A stretch of 63,285 bases of DNA, counting the filler, from Bonamia ostreae (lineage: Eukaryota), in assembly GCA_040357525.1 (NCBI GenBank). It is 50 parts of 50 records of this genome, joined end to end, with 100 filler letters (N's around TTAATTAATTAA, not from the genome) between each part and the next. Parts side by side here need not be neighbours in the genome. Positions count along the whole stretch, not along the records: positions 25,461 to 26,630 come from JBDODL010002462.1; positions 26,731 to 27,900 come from JBDODL010002463.1; positions 28,001 to 29,170 come from JBDODL010002464.1; positions 29,271 to 30,439 come from JBDODL010002465.1; positions 30,540 to 31,708 come from JBDODL010002466.1; positions 31,809 to 32,976 come from JBDODL010002467.1; positions 33,077 to 34,244 come from JBDODL010002468.1; positions 34,345 to 35,512 come from JBDODL010002469.1; 42 more parts are not named here. One strand, given 5' to 3'. The notes under the pieces are model-generated. The model did not search any database. It had not been told where the DNA came from and worked only from the letters and a program-made list of their open reading frames with translations. Every line of letters begins with the position of its first letter. Within the stretch, counting starts at the first letter, position 1. Below, in pieces: positions 26,410 through 37,964 of the stretch. The position numbers and the translations under genes were made by a program.

Positions 26410-26730
26410 TTCTGATTTTTGAAATTTTGCTAAAGATCGTTATAAGTAACAAATCTTTAACTGGTTATTTAGACTAAAATGGTAAAAAAAATTGATATTT
26501 TGAAACAAAGTTTCGTCCTGTATAAAAATTGCCTCTGTCCCTTTTATTTTTTTTATTTTTTTTTTATTTCTGAGAAAATAAGTCTTTCTCAGAGCAGAAA
26601 TTTTATTTTTTACAAATTGTTTTTTCTTCTNNNNNNNNNNNNNNNNNNNNNNNNNNNNNNNNNNNNNNNNNNNNTTAATTAATTAANNNNNNNNNNNNNN
26701 NNNNNNNNNNNNNNNNNNNNNNNNNNNNNN

Positions 26731-27040
26731 CAAAAAAATTTATTGCAAAATTTCTTTTTTGTCGATAATAAAAAATTGCAAAATTACAAAAAAATTTATT
26801 GCAAAATTTCTTTTTTTGTCGTTAATAAAAAATTGCAAAATTGCAAAAAAATTTATTGCAAAATTTCTTTTTTGTCGTTAACAAAAAATTGCAAAATTGC
26901 AAAAAAATTTATTGCAAAATTACAAAAAAATTTATTGCAAAATTTCTTTTTTGTCGATAATAAAAAATTGCAAAATTGCAAAAAAATTTATTGCAAAATT
27001 ACTTTTTTGTCGTTAATAAAAAATTTTAAAATTACAAAAA
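26731..27040. repeat. Tandem repeat of about 56-57 bp, intronic to the eIF2-alpha kinase
   Basis: TTTATTGCAAAATTTCTTTTT..GTCGATAATAAAAAATTGCAAAA units at 26739, 26795, 26852 and onward. Confidence 0.85.
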
Positions 27041-27064
27041 TATTCACAAAACAAAAATATCCAG

Positions 27065-27900
27065 ACACCTCAAAAACGCGCTACGAACGCGATTTTGACC
27101 AAATTGCAGAACTCGGAGCCGGCGCGTACGGCGTCGTTTACAAAGTGCGCAACAAACTGGACGGAATGTACTACGCGATAAAACAAATCGTGATTAACGA
27201 CCGCCACAAAATGAAAATGTTGGAGAAGTTGCTTTCTGAAGTGAAAGCCATCGCTCGTCTGTCACATGTCAATGTTGTGCGGTATTATCAAGCTTGGATC
27301 GAAGATGTCGATCCGATCGACTTTAGTCTCGGCGATTCTTACGACTCGTCGCAGGAAATGTTGGACAAACTGGGAGTTGAGTGTTATGACAGTAATCTCG
27401 AAGATTGTTTTTAATTTTTTGTTGATCAAATTTTTGGCGACGAATAAACAAAATTTTATAAAAATAGACGGAAGTGATTGGGAAATTGGACGAGAAATGA
27501 TCAAAAACAGAGAAGAAGAAAAAGAGGGCGACAAAGTAACCGTTCTTTTTATTCAAATGGAATATTGTGAAGGCGACACACTCAAAAATTTAATCGATTC
27601 TGGTAAAATTTATAAAAATTTAATCCATTTTTCAAATCGCAAAAAATTTTTTAAGAAAAACCGATTCCGAAAGAGTTAATTTGGAAATTATTTGTTCAAA
27701 TTTTTGAAGTTGTTGACTTTATTCATTCCAAAAAAACTATTCATCGGTTTTTAAAATTTATTTTTAATTCGTTGAAATGAGTACTTAACTTTTTAAAGAT
27801 TTCACTGAAACAATCAATAAATTTATTGACTGAACCATTGAAACAAGTACATAAAAATATCGAAAAAAAGGGACTTAAAAACGACGAACATATTTTTGGA
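27065..27900 (+). CDS. eIF2-alpha kinase (GCN2/PEK family) catalytic domain, partial
   Basis: RYERDF..LGAGAYGVVYKVRNKLDGMYYAIK, VVRYYQAWIE, kinase insert, LFIQMEYCEG, HRDLKTTNIFL rebuilt across introns 27407-27467, 27603-27655 and 27747-27870. Confidence 0.93.
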
Positions 27901-28000
27901 NNNNNNNNNNNNNNNNNNNNNNNNNNNNNNNNNNNNNNNNNNNNTTAATTAATTAANNNNNNNNNNNNNNNNNNNNNNNNNNNNNNNNNNNNNNNNNNNN

Positions 28001-29170
28001 CCCTAACGTTCCACACATAATACCCACAGACCATAGCATCTGTCTATTATGTTCCAATGTTCCTAATGATTGATCAGCAAATTCGCCCCAGGTCTTTGTA
28101 TCTTTAGCAGCTCCCATCATATCTGAGAACTTTTCCTCAAGAGCTTCTTCAAATCCACCTTTAAGTAATCCTAAAAATCCTTTTGCATCTGCAACGGCAC
28201 TACCTGTCTGTGTAAGGAATCTACGTACAGCATTTTTTTGTCCTACTCCAGAAAATTTAGGCTTGAACAATCTCTCTGATATATTCTCTTTAAAAGTATC
28301 GTAATAAGAATTTCCAATGGCATCTAACACACACTCACCTTTGGATATTTTTGTCGCTACGTCTTTATAAAAAGTAGGCATTGCTGCTGTTTGCATTCCA
28401 GATTGGACTAGTTTAGCAGTAATATTTTTGACTCCTCTAGTGATTGCTTTTTTCCCTACTGCCTTAACACCCCCACGGATAGCAGTAGCAGCAGCTTTAC
28501 CAACACCACCTGTTGCTATAAACTCAGCCATAAAACCTAATGATGCACCTAATCCCTCTCCAACTCTATAAGATTCTGGGATTCTCTTATCTATAGCTTT
28601 GTGTATCTCTATATTAGCTCTTAGAGAATTAAAGAGCATCTTTTCTTCTTCAGATAATGTCTTAAATCCACCAGAGGATAACTTTCTATTTAAATCAAGA
28701 AGGGTGCCATTTTGTTTAAGATCATCAATAAGAGTGGCACATTCTGCTCTATATCCAAAAAAGCCTTGTTGCACTCCTGCCAAACCTCTGCCAACAGTTG
28801 AACTTTCTTGGAGTTCAGTGTATAAATCGCTTATCTTTCCTGTATCTGCATTAAGTTTTTGAATAGCACTGATGGCTTCACTATTATATGGTTTATTAGC
28901 AGCAGCTTTGTATGCATAGCCCATAGGACTATCTTCAAATTTATTCATTACTTGCCTTGCTTCAGCATGTCTACCTTGAGTCTCTAATAATCTTATTTGC
29001 TCTGCTACTTGTGGAGCATAAATTTTTAGTACTTCTTTATTCTTCTCTTCAGTTTTCTTTCTTATTTTTAAATCCATATTATCAATAAGATAAAAAGCTG
29101 TATCTCTGGCTTGTTCTACTTCTGATTTTATTCCTTCTTTTGCTGGCTTTTCTTTGATAGGCTTTATATT
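28001..29170 (-). CDS. Fragment of a large intronless phage-like protein (possible internal virion/ejected protein)
   Basis: Whole contig open in one frame; Gly/Ala-rich amphipathic segment GEGLGASLGFMAEFIATGGVGKAAATAIRGG; composition unlike host or protist. Confidence 0.55.
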
Positions 29171-29417
29171 NNNNNNNNNNNNNNNNNNNNNNNNNNNNNN
29201 NNNNNNNNNNNNNNTTAATTAATTAANNNNNNNNNNNNNNNNNNNNNNNNNNNNNNNNNNNNNNNNNNNNTGATTATTTTTTCGAATTTTGATATTCAAT
29301 TCCTTTATTTGCTTCATTAAAATACAATTTTCTTTTTATATTTTTTTGAATTCGAACACGGGAAATATTAAATTTAAATCGAAAAATAGAGAAATAGATA
29401 TCAAATGAATATTTATT

Positions 29418-30368
29418 CTAAACTGGGAGCTCCATATGTTGTCCCAGCCATTTACTTCGCGCGTAGTAATAGAAAAAATCTGCGTAAAGCACAGTTTGCA
29501 CTATTCCCGCAAACCAAGAAATGTAGTCTCTGTATCCTCGTTCTGTAATGCTCCTGTAAATCCAGTTCAAAAGATAAAACGCCCTATACCCGCCCTGTAC
29601 AATGTTATGACATAGAATGTTACCAGACAAACTACGTAGTGCGTAGTCAAGTTTTCTATGCGCCCGCTCTGCTCTTTCGCGGATTTGTACACAACTATCA
29701 ATTGGGGCACCAACGCAACTGATTCTAAGAATATCGAAAAAGCCCAAAATGTCTAAATAAGTTAATACACAAATTGTCGCCATTTTAATTTACAAAGTTT
29801 CGCTAAATAATTTAAAGCTTTAGTTGATAACTAAAATTATAATTTCGTTAAGCCATTAAAGGCTAAATTTGGATCAGGGATTACAATGCAACGAGGATTT
29901 TTATTTGGTTGCGCAAAATCAATTTTGACGGCCAATTAATAAATCACTAAAGCTGATTGCCGAAATCCGAAAACATTAAGGACCTCGAATATGTTGACGG
30001 ATAAGTTGCAAATGATAGCGAGAAAAGCGCTTGGAGCGACCAAAAACCAAATGTTAAAAGAGTCGTTCTTTTCGTCGTACGTCTTGCAATAAGGCGATTT
30101 GTATTTCATTAAGTACACTATTTCGATCGACGAGCAAATGAAGATGATCTTCATTATCGAATTATAAATCGAATAAAAGTTCCACAGGATATCCAAATAT
30201 CTCGCTGAAAACACTACTGCGTACAAAATCTGCGTCTTCAAAGAAATCCCTCGACACGATTTCTGCGATAGAATTTTTAGAAGAATAAGCAGAACACTCC
30301 CCTAAAAAATCAGGCTAAAAATATGAAACTAGATGAAGCATGTCTCCCAAAAAACGAAAAACGTTCAT
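29418..30368 (-). CDS. ERD2: ER lumen protein-retaining (KDEL/HDEL) receptor, complete
   Basis: MNVFRFLGDMLHL..SCRGISLKTQILY..WAFSIFLESVALVPQL..GGYRAFYLLNWIYR..GIVQTVLYADFFYYY; introns 30302-30329 (28 nt), 29753-29983 (231 nt), 29595-29623 (29 nt). Confidence 0.96.
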
Positions 30369-30597
30369 TCCTGCGACTAAAATTTAACTATTTTTATAAA
30401 GCGTAATCTATATCGCATTGTCTTATTAAAATAATATTTNNNNNNNNNNNNNNNNNNNNNNNNNNNNNNNNNNNNNNNNNNNNTTAATTAATTAANNNNN
30501 NNNNNNNNNNNNNNNNNNNNNNNNNNNNNNNNNNNNNNNACAAAATTTGTAAAAAGACAATAACAAAAATAAGATCCCAAAAAATCCAAATCAAAAA

Positions 30598-31486
30598 ATG
30601 TCGAAATTGATTTTTATTTTTGTTTTGAAACTAATAATTTGTTTCAAAACAGAAGCAAAAAATGGCGGAATAATCAATTTCCAGATTTTATCTAAAAACA
30701 AATTGATTGTTGAATGTGTCAATGGTCATTTCTACAATAACGTTTCTTCAATGTTTTTCGACGACAAAACCAATTTTGTTTGTGAAAGTTTTTTGCATTT
30801 TAAAAAATCTAATTTTTGCAATTTGAAAAGAAAACAAAAAATCGAAAAATTACGAAAAACAATTTTCAAAATTTATTCAAAAAACAAACAATAATTGTTT
30901 CAAAAAGTGCTCAAATTTTAAAAAAAAATTGCCAAAAAATGCAAAAATATTTTGTTCTCCAAAATCGAAGATTGTCTACAAAATTCCTAAAATACCAAAT
31001 TTTTGTGTTGTTACTTGTCCTTTCGGCCACTTCCAAAATTTTACAAAAATTAATAAAGAACACACTATTTTAATATTTTGCGATTCGAATTACAAAAAAT
31101 TTAAATTTGCTGTTTACGGCGATAACAGAATTTTTGATTTCCCAGATAATCTCTTTTGTTCTAGCACAAGCGACAACAAAGAAAAAATAAGTGTCTATGG
31201 AAACAGTAACAATGAAGACAAAGATAACAACAATTTACAATCGACTTTAAAAAATAAAAATGAGTGCTCATTTTTATCAAAAAATGCCATTCTGTCAAAG
31301 TTTGGTGTTTTCGTTAAGATTCTAGAATGCTTTGAATCGAATGAAAATAAAAAATTGTGCGCTTTTGAATGTTTTGGGAAAGATTTTGGGAAGAGACCTT
31401 TTCCTTATTTAGTTTCTGGAGATGGCGAGAAAAGGGGAATGATGCAGTGTGATGATCCATTTGTGGAGCAGATATTTTGTTATTAA
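30598..31486 (+). CDS. Secreted cysteine-rich orphan protein (protist)
   Basis: Signal-peptide-like start MSKLIFIFVLKLIICFKTEA; a 43-nt intron 30788-30830 joins it in frame to ORF 30929-31486; many spaced Cys. Confidence 0.65.
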
Positions 31487-32082
31487 ATTTTTCTGTTATT
31501 TTGAAATTTTGTTATTTTCGTTGTAACCAAACCAACTGTAAAAAGCATAAAAATATTAATTTTGCTGTCAAACAAAATTAAACTTTTTTGTGTTTATGCT
31601 TTTGATCGAATAAAATTGTTTAAAGAGTCAAAGCCTCGTCAGAAATAAAGTAAGGTACTTCAAAAAAGCAAAAAATATTAATTATTGAACAAAAATTAGA
31701 AAAAAATTNNNNNNNNNNNNNNNNNNNNNNNNNNNNNNNNNNNNNNNNNNNNTTAATTAATTAANNNNNNNNNNNNNNNNNNNNNNNNNNNNNNNNNNNN
31801 NNNNNNNNCTGATCATTTCGTGTTTTTGACAAAATGCTGTTCAAAGTAAAAAATTAAAAAAAATTAGATGTTAACTTGCAAATGGAAAGAATAGATAAAA
31901 AGGAATGTACAATTTGAATTTGCTCAAATTTAATTATACGCAATAATCAGATCCAATGTTATATTTTAGTTAGTCAATACGATAAAGAAAATATAATTTT
32001 GGTGTATCAAATCTGATATTGAATATTAAATGAGATATTAAAGAAAATTTTTTATTAATTGAGAATTTAATCATCCAAAAAT

Positions 32083-32958
32083 CTAACTGTAAATCACATA
32101 AACAAATTCCCAATCTTCGTACGTTTTCATCTTAGCAAACTTGCAGGTAGACATAAAGACGGCAAGAAAATGCGAGTTCTTTTTGAAACATCGTACTCTG
32201 AATTGGTGTCTGCCAGAATTCACTTTGTGCTCACTTTGATCTAAACGGGCGATAGAATAAGGTACATAATAGTCAGTGAATAAGTAAAAAAAGTTTCCGA
32301 CATTCAAACCGAATAGGAAAATTGATTGCGCAGGCTTATCAGGAGCAGATAATGAACGGTACAAATCAGTTCCATTAATCAAACATTCTCTTACGTGGCT
32401 TGCGAGATGGAAAAAGTCTTCAGATAAGTTATCTTCGTAAAGTGTGTAAAGCGATCGAAGCAGAAAATAACAATGCCTGTCAACAGTCTCATTGTTTGGG
32501 TCTTCTACATATTCGCATTGGATTAAATTGAAGACAATTGCGCCGCTTGGATCAAAGTTCACTGTGCCAGTAAAATCAATTTCGTCCACAAGATAAATGT
32601 TATAACTAACTAAAGTTCGTATCATTATCAAAATTTGTATATGGATTCTCACTTTGTTTGTAAAAATTAAACCGTAATCTTTCGGTTGTAATTCTTGTCT
32701 TTTATTTTTAAACGATTTGTTGTTTAAATTCATGTTTGTCGCGCGTCTATAGAAAAGAAAATAGGGGGAATATAATTCTTGTTGCAACTGAAAAATAAAT
32801 GGTAACAAATGGCAGATATTCTGAATTATCTCTGCTGTTACTCTGTCTCGTTCAGAATATTCAACAAAATTTTTTGAAATATAGAATGAAAATGGTTTCC
32901 CAGAAGAAAATTTGTCACAATCAACTTCAATAAAACTTTTGACTTCGTCTGGTGTCAT
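32083..32958 (-). CDS. Hypothetical 291-aa single-exon protein
   Basis: Long complete ORF in AT-rich context; no family confidently recognised. Confidence 0.7.
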   Translation of the reverse strand: MTPDEVKSFIEVDCDKFSSGKPFSFYISKNFVEYSERDRVTAEIIQNICHLLPFIFQLQQELYSPYFLFYRRATNMNLNNKSFKNKRQELQPKDYGLIFTNKVRIHIQILIMIRTLVSYNIYLVDEIDFTGTVNFDPSGAIVFNLIQCEYVEDPNNETVDRHCYFLLRSLYTLYEDNLSEDFFHLASHVRECLINGTDLYRSLSAPDKPAQSIFLFGLNVGNFFYLFTDYYVPYSIARLDQSEHKVNSGRHQFRVRCFKKNSHFLAVFMSTCKFAKMKTYEDWEFVYVIYS

Positions 32959-33076
32959 ATTTAAAAATATATAAAANNNNNNNNNNNNNNNNNNNNNNNN
33001 NNNNNNNNNNNNNNNNNNNNTTAATTAATTAANNNNNNNNNNNNNNNNNNNNNNNNNNNNNNNNNNNNNNNNNNNN

Positions 33077-33205
33077 GTATTTACGTCGACTGGTAACCGA
33101 TTCGTCAATTTCAACGATCCTATTTTCACCCGATTTTATTTGTTTTCTTATTTAAATACAATAACTTCTCTTAAAAATATTTGTAAAATATTTTTTATCG
33201 TCAAT
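33077..33205 (-). mobile_element. Decayed Merlin/IS1595(ISXO2)-type DDE transposase fragment
   Basis: KQIKSGENRIVEIDESVTSRRKY matches the IGG-G-IVEIDES-RKY motif; upstream FLREVI lies in a shifted frame with stops. Confidence 0.7.
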
Positions 33206-33486
33206 AATTTGTTCATATTATATTCTAAATTCCTATAATTTTTTATAAAAAATGGCCATTTTTTGTACTCAGAAGGTCGTTTTATCTCAAATCTCAATAA
33301 AATTACGCTTTTCACAACATTTGTTGCAACAAATATGCAAAATTCTTAAAATCTTTAAGCTGTGATCTATTTCCATATTATATGTAAATCCACTAAGCAA
33401 AAAATAAAAATTCGAAATTACAAATTATTAAAAAATATCATATAATTTTGATAAACGAAACCTAAGTTTTAAAATTTAGACTATCG

Positions 33487-33761
33487 ATGCCTGTAGATCT
33501 TCTTTACCCAGACCCACAAGAGGAACAAAGAAAACACAAGCTCAAAAGACTTGTGATGAGACCAAACTCTTTTTTCCTCGACGCTGTCTGCGATACTTGC
33601 AATACGATGTTTCATCTTTTAAAGCCAACAGAACTACTATTTTCAGCCACGCTTCGACAGTCGTTTTTTGTCCGAAGTGCAATAAAATCTTGTCCCAGCC
33701 ATCTGGCGGCAAAGCGAGAATTAGTAAAGGCGTAAAGTGCAAGCGCAAGGAAGAGTACTAA
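33487..33761 (+). CDS. RPS27: 40S ribosomal protein S27 (eS27), complete
   Basis: [31 protein letters not shown] | 23-nt intron 33609-33631 | [30 protein letters not shown]. Confidence 0.97.
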
Positions 33762-34029
33762 TAAAAGCATTTTGCTTGTTTTCTTTTTTTCTGATGTACC
33801 ATTTTTAAAAATAAAGCTTCGATTTTTTAAATAGTTTAAAATTTTGTAATATAATTATTAAAGTTTTAAATAAATATAAAGCCGATGCGATATCAAGCGC
33901 ATAACTTTTACAAATAAAAATAAAAACATTAATAAAAATAAAAAAATAGAAAGATAAGCTTAAAAGCTAAACATGTAATTATGTAAAACTGATATAAATA
34001 AGATTTAGCAGAAACAGTTTAGACGAAAA

Positions 34030-34244
34030 ATGGTTTTTTTTCTAAAATTATTAGCCTTTGCGTTTTGAGATCAAGGTTGATATTTTCTATTTTAGAAGGA
34101 ATTTAGTTGTTCTTGTGATCGAGTAAAAAGTGTCGATTTCCATCCGACGGAACCCATTCTCATTCAAAGTTTGTATACTGGCTTTATTCAAATTTGGAAT
34201 TATCGAACAAACAGTTTAGAGAAAACTTTTGAGGTGACCCAATC
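34030..34244 (+). CDS. COPB2: Coatomer beta'-COP (SEC27), 5' end
   Basis: M | 22-nt intron | PLRFEIK | 20-nt intron | KEFSCSCDRVKSVDFHPTEPILIQSLYTGFIQIWNY..KTFEV; not in the ORF track. Confidence 0.95.
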
Positions 34245-34554
34245 NNNNNNNNNNNNNNNNNNNNNNNNNNNNNNNNNNNNNNNNNNNNTTAATTAATTAA
34301 NNNNNNNNNNNNNNNNNNNNNNNNNNNNNNNNNNNNNNNNNNNNTTTTGTAAAGCTGATATTTTAAAACTATATTAATCGATTATGTTATGCTGCGATTT
34401 TTATCATACTACACATTCACTTCATAGCGATTCTTATTGCAATAGTTGAGAAGAACAGATCACGTGACTCACATCTGTAATCATAAGAGGGAGCTCGTAG
34501 CTTCGTTACGCGATGGGAGCTTCGCCTGCTATCAAAATATTCACATGATGGTTT

Positions 34555-34840
34555 GCATCGGTTGTTGTAGCCTAGCGATTAGGGCTCTGACTTCGTTACC
34601 CAGAGACCTAAACTCGATTCCAGATCACGGCACCGTTAAACTATGGCATTGGTAGTGACGGTACATTCACCAAGCGTCCGGTGTCGGAAGTGAACGTCAT
34701 GGGTCTTTCAGATATGACGTTCAAATCCGAGGTCACGCGTCACGGTAGGCGTAGTCACGATGAGGACCACCCTGAGCGTCTTGCATAGATACAAAGTCGT
34801 GGCAATTAGCCTAAAATTATCGAATGAAATGTTAAACAAC
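34555..34840 (+). mobile_element. tRNA-derived bivalve SINE, degenerate
   Basis: A/B-box-like head (TAGCCTAGCGATTAG..ACTCGATTCCAG), central GTAGTGAC..TGGGTCTTTCAGATATGACG..CGAGGTC segment, TGTTAAACAACAAA tail. Confidence 0.6.
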
Positions 34841-36968
34841 AAATACATGCAGACAAATAAAGTCCTTGAACATTACAGCGTTGTGTCCATTATTTCGAGC
34901 AATCCTGTGTTAACATTACATTAGGATGTGTTTAGTGCTAATCTATTTATCTTCTATATCTACGAAGTATTTCAGTGACACAAAACTAAGATGTTCTTAG
35001 ATAATTTTGTATATATTCTTAGTGATAAAAAAAATTATGCATTTGTCAAATGTGCGTCCTTAAAGAATGATTGCAAAAATAAAGCGCTTGGGAATATATG
35101 ATTTATAGCATTAATAAAGAAAAATGCGAAGCCAAACCTACCGCTTCCGATCCACATGCAAAACACTTTTCTTTTCCGTTCAAGTTCGGCGGTTGAAAAT
35201 ACATTGTAATCTGTAAAGAAGGAAAATAAAAATCTGAGATAAAGAAGTTAACACACTTGGTTTTGTTTTTATCTAGATTGTTGGTCACCTGTTCACAAAT
35301 ATTCATTTTTCCTTGTTTAAATGGTTTAAAGTCAAATTAATAGCACAATGTGTATATAAGAATATCTAGCCACATGTAATCAGAACGCTTTGCGTCATAG
35401 CAAAGGCACGCCACGATGTAGTTACGTCAGCGATGAATTCCCTACCGAACGTAAGCAATATATTGATAGTTATGATTTATCCCAACCATGGGGTTTCCGA
35501 ACTATCTATTTTNNNNNNNNNNNNNNNNNNNNNNNNNNNNNNNNNNNNNNNNNNNNTTAATTAATTAANNNNNNNNNNNNNNNNNNNNNNNNNNNNNNNN
35601 NNNNNNNNNNNNACCCCTGAAGGAAGACCCTGATTTGGAAGTTTGAAGTGTGTCGCATTATTTATAATGGAATGACTATGTGTTGTGAAATTCCGTCGAA
35701 AAACTTTTTTTTTCATTAGTTTGTAATGATAAAATACTAACTGTTTGGTAAGTGTGCAACTCTAGTCCTGGATGAATAGTTTTCCACTTTTGATGCGTTT
35801 TCTTGGCCACTATGTACTGTGCTTTATGTATGCATGTGCATCTGAATTTTGGAAGAACTGAATGAGAATAATAGATAATAACACTTTGTGCTCTTATCTT
35901 ATTCCAAATGACAAGTTATTTTGCTGCATTTGTAGATGTTATTGACATGATAACTGCAAATAGAATGCAAGAAAAGCTTTTCCCGCATTTATGTTTTTAT
36001 TTAAACTTTCAAAATGTTTCGCTCAAATATGATTTGTATTTTGTAATTTTTAGCATGGTGACTAAACATATGCTGAATTTCAAACTATTGCAAAACGTTT
36101 TATTAAGCAAACATACATTGCAGGATTCCGACAAATCCTTTCCTCTACTTATAATTATATCGTATAACAGACTATCCAGTAGCTGTGGATTACTTTAATT
36201 AAAAGGGTTCCTCCTGAACACGTTATTCCGCCTCCGATATTTGTAAATGTCCATTTCTACCCTTATTTGATTTTGCTTTGGCATGGAATTGATGAGACTA
36301 TTCTTTATTTCCCCCTTTACCCATGCTATTGATGCTGTTATGATGTACTGTGCAATGTAATATTTTAAGTCAAAATGTGAAGGTAACTAACAGTGAACAA
36401 TCGCATAGTTCCTGTAAAGAATACAAAAGTAAGAATGAGGCAAATGAGGACATCTGGGCATACTAGAGAAGGTATTAGGTGCCTAGTAGGTATCCCCTGT
36501 CAACCGGTCACACCGGTGAAATAAGCCATCAGTTCAGGATTGGCATATATATCAGTTTGAAATCATGGAAATTATTTTAAGATCGTTATAATTATCCATT
36601 TATAGTTAGAGGTTCCTTCCAAATATATTTATTTTACATGTTTGTTTGCAAGCAGGAAACCTCGATGGAAGTGTTGCTATACATGGACTAGCAGAATTAC
36701 CACCATCACTGATGAGCAATCAGGTCCATCCAATAATTCCAAATATACTAGGATAGCTTGTCATTTCGAAAGAATGTATNNNNNNNNNNNNNNNNNNNNN
36801 NNNNNNNNNNNNNNNNNNNNNNNTTAATTAATTAANNNNNNNNNNNNNNNNNNNNNNNNNNNNNNNNNNNNNNNNNNNNTAATATGCATTAATCAACTTT
36901 GCTTTGTTACAACGATAAACCAATAAATATTGTTACAAGAAACAGACAAAACTTGTTTAAGTTTGCCG

Positions 36969-37964
36969 CTAAAACACTGGCACAATAGCGGCGTCTGCTG
37001 AGATCATTTTGATGCTTATAACTGTTCTGTTAAATTTGTCTCTCATCGATCCACTCACTCGCCCAGTTTGTACAAACTTTACCAATTGCTCAAAGTTATC
37101 TTTTAGTTGATTCGCAGTTTCCGTCGGTTGCGCTTCTAAGAGAGCCTTTGCGAAGAATTGCAGCAGAACTGGTTTGAACACGAAGACGGAACAGAGCGTC
37201 CGTGTTAGAGAAAATTGGTTGTTGCAATTGTCGAATAGAACCAATTGAAACACGTCAGAAGTGAGCTTCATCAAACGGTCGATTTGGCTTTCCATTTGTT
37301 TCAGCAGTTTCTCAAAGTTGTCTGGCTTCCTCGTCTTAGACTGGTTGTCGATTATATATAAACACAAATGATCCAACTTTTTATATTCAGTTTATGTAAA
37401 AGGGTGTAACAATGGAATATTTTTAACTATGAATTATGGCTAATTTTAAGCCACTGAAAGTTAATTTTAGCTAATTTTAGCAACTGAAAAAGATTTTGGC
37501 TAATTTAAAACGGAATTGGCTGCTTTGACTGAGTGATTTGAATTAGTGCTTTGTACACCGTCGCAAACAGTAACAAAGATTTTATTAAAAATGTCTTCTG
37601 TAAAATCGCAGACCAAAGCAATGTGCTTTTCGAACAGCGTTTCGATCAAAGAATAATGGATCGCCGCCATTTTTGGATAACTCTGTTGATTCGTAAAAAA
37701 TTAAAAAAAATTTGTTTTTATTATTTAAACAAATTTTTATATTAAAATATCAAAAACATAAATAGTTTCAATGGGAATCGATAAAACGAGGTTAACAACT
37801 GAACTGACTATTTCCTTCAAAGTATTGTCTTTATAGAATTCGAAGGAACCGAAGGGAATGTAATTTCCAGAAAGCATTCTGAAAGTTATTTCCATCATCA
37901 AAATTATTCCCTTTATTCTTTTTTATTCTTTGTTACGACATATCAAAATTACTTAAAAACAACG
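36969..37964 (-). CDS. XPO7: Exportin-7/RanBP16, C-terminal exons
   Basis: IKGII..LSGNYIPFGSFEFYKD, YPKMAAIHYSLIE, LFDNCNNQFSLTR, RDKFNR motifs; includes a 19-nt (or 22-nt) intron ending at 37918. Confidence 0.85.

Noticed and set aside
26743-27064. Repetitive N-terminal extension on the kinase ORF; also ORFs 7602-7868 and 7744-7965
   Set aside because: These are translations of intronic tandem repeats.
27815-27830. 16-bp palindrome TCAATAAATTTATTGA in a kinase intron
   Set aside because: Plausible by chance in very AT-rich DNA; no supporting boxes or copies.
12749-29170. Treating the phage-like contigs as inserted in, or clustered with, neighbouring eukaryotic genes
   Set aside because: Adjacency across linkers is artificial.
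4433-37964. Stop-codon reassignment or programmed frameshifting in the protist
   Set aside because: Each interruption I checked in conserved genes is resolved by a GT-AG micro-intron; TAA, TAG and TGA all end genes; the tRNA-Gln has an ordinary CTG anticodon.
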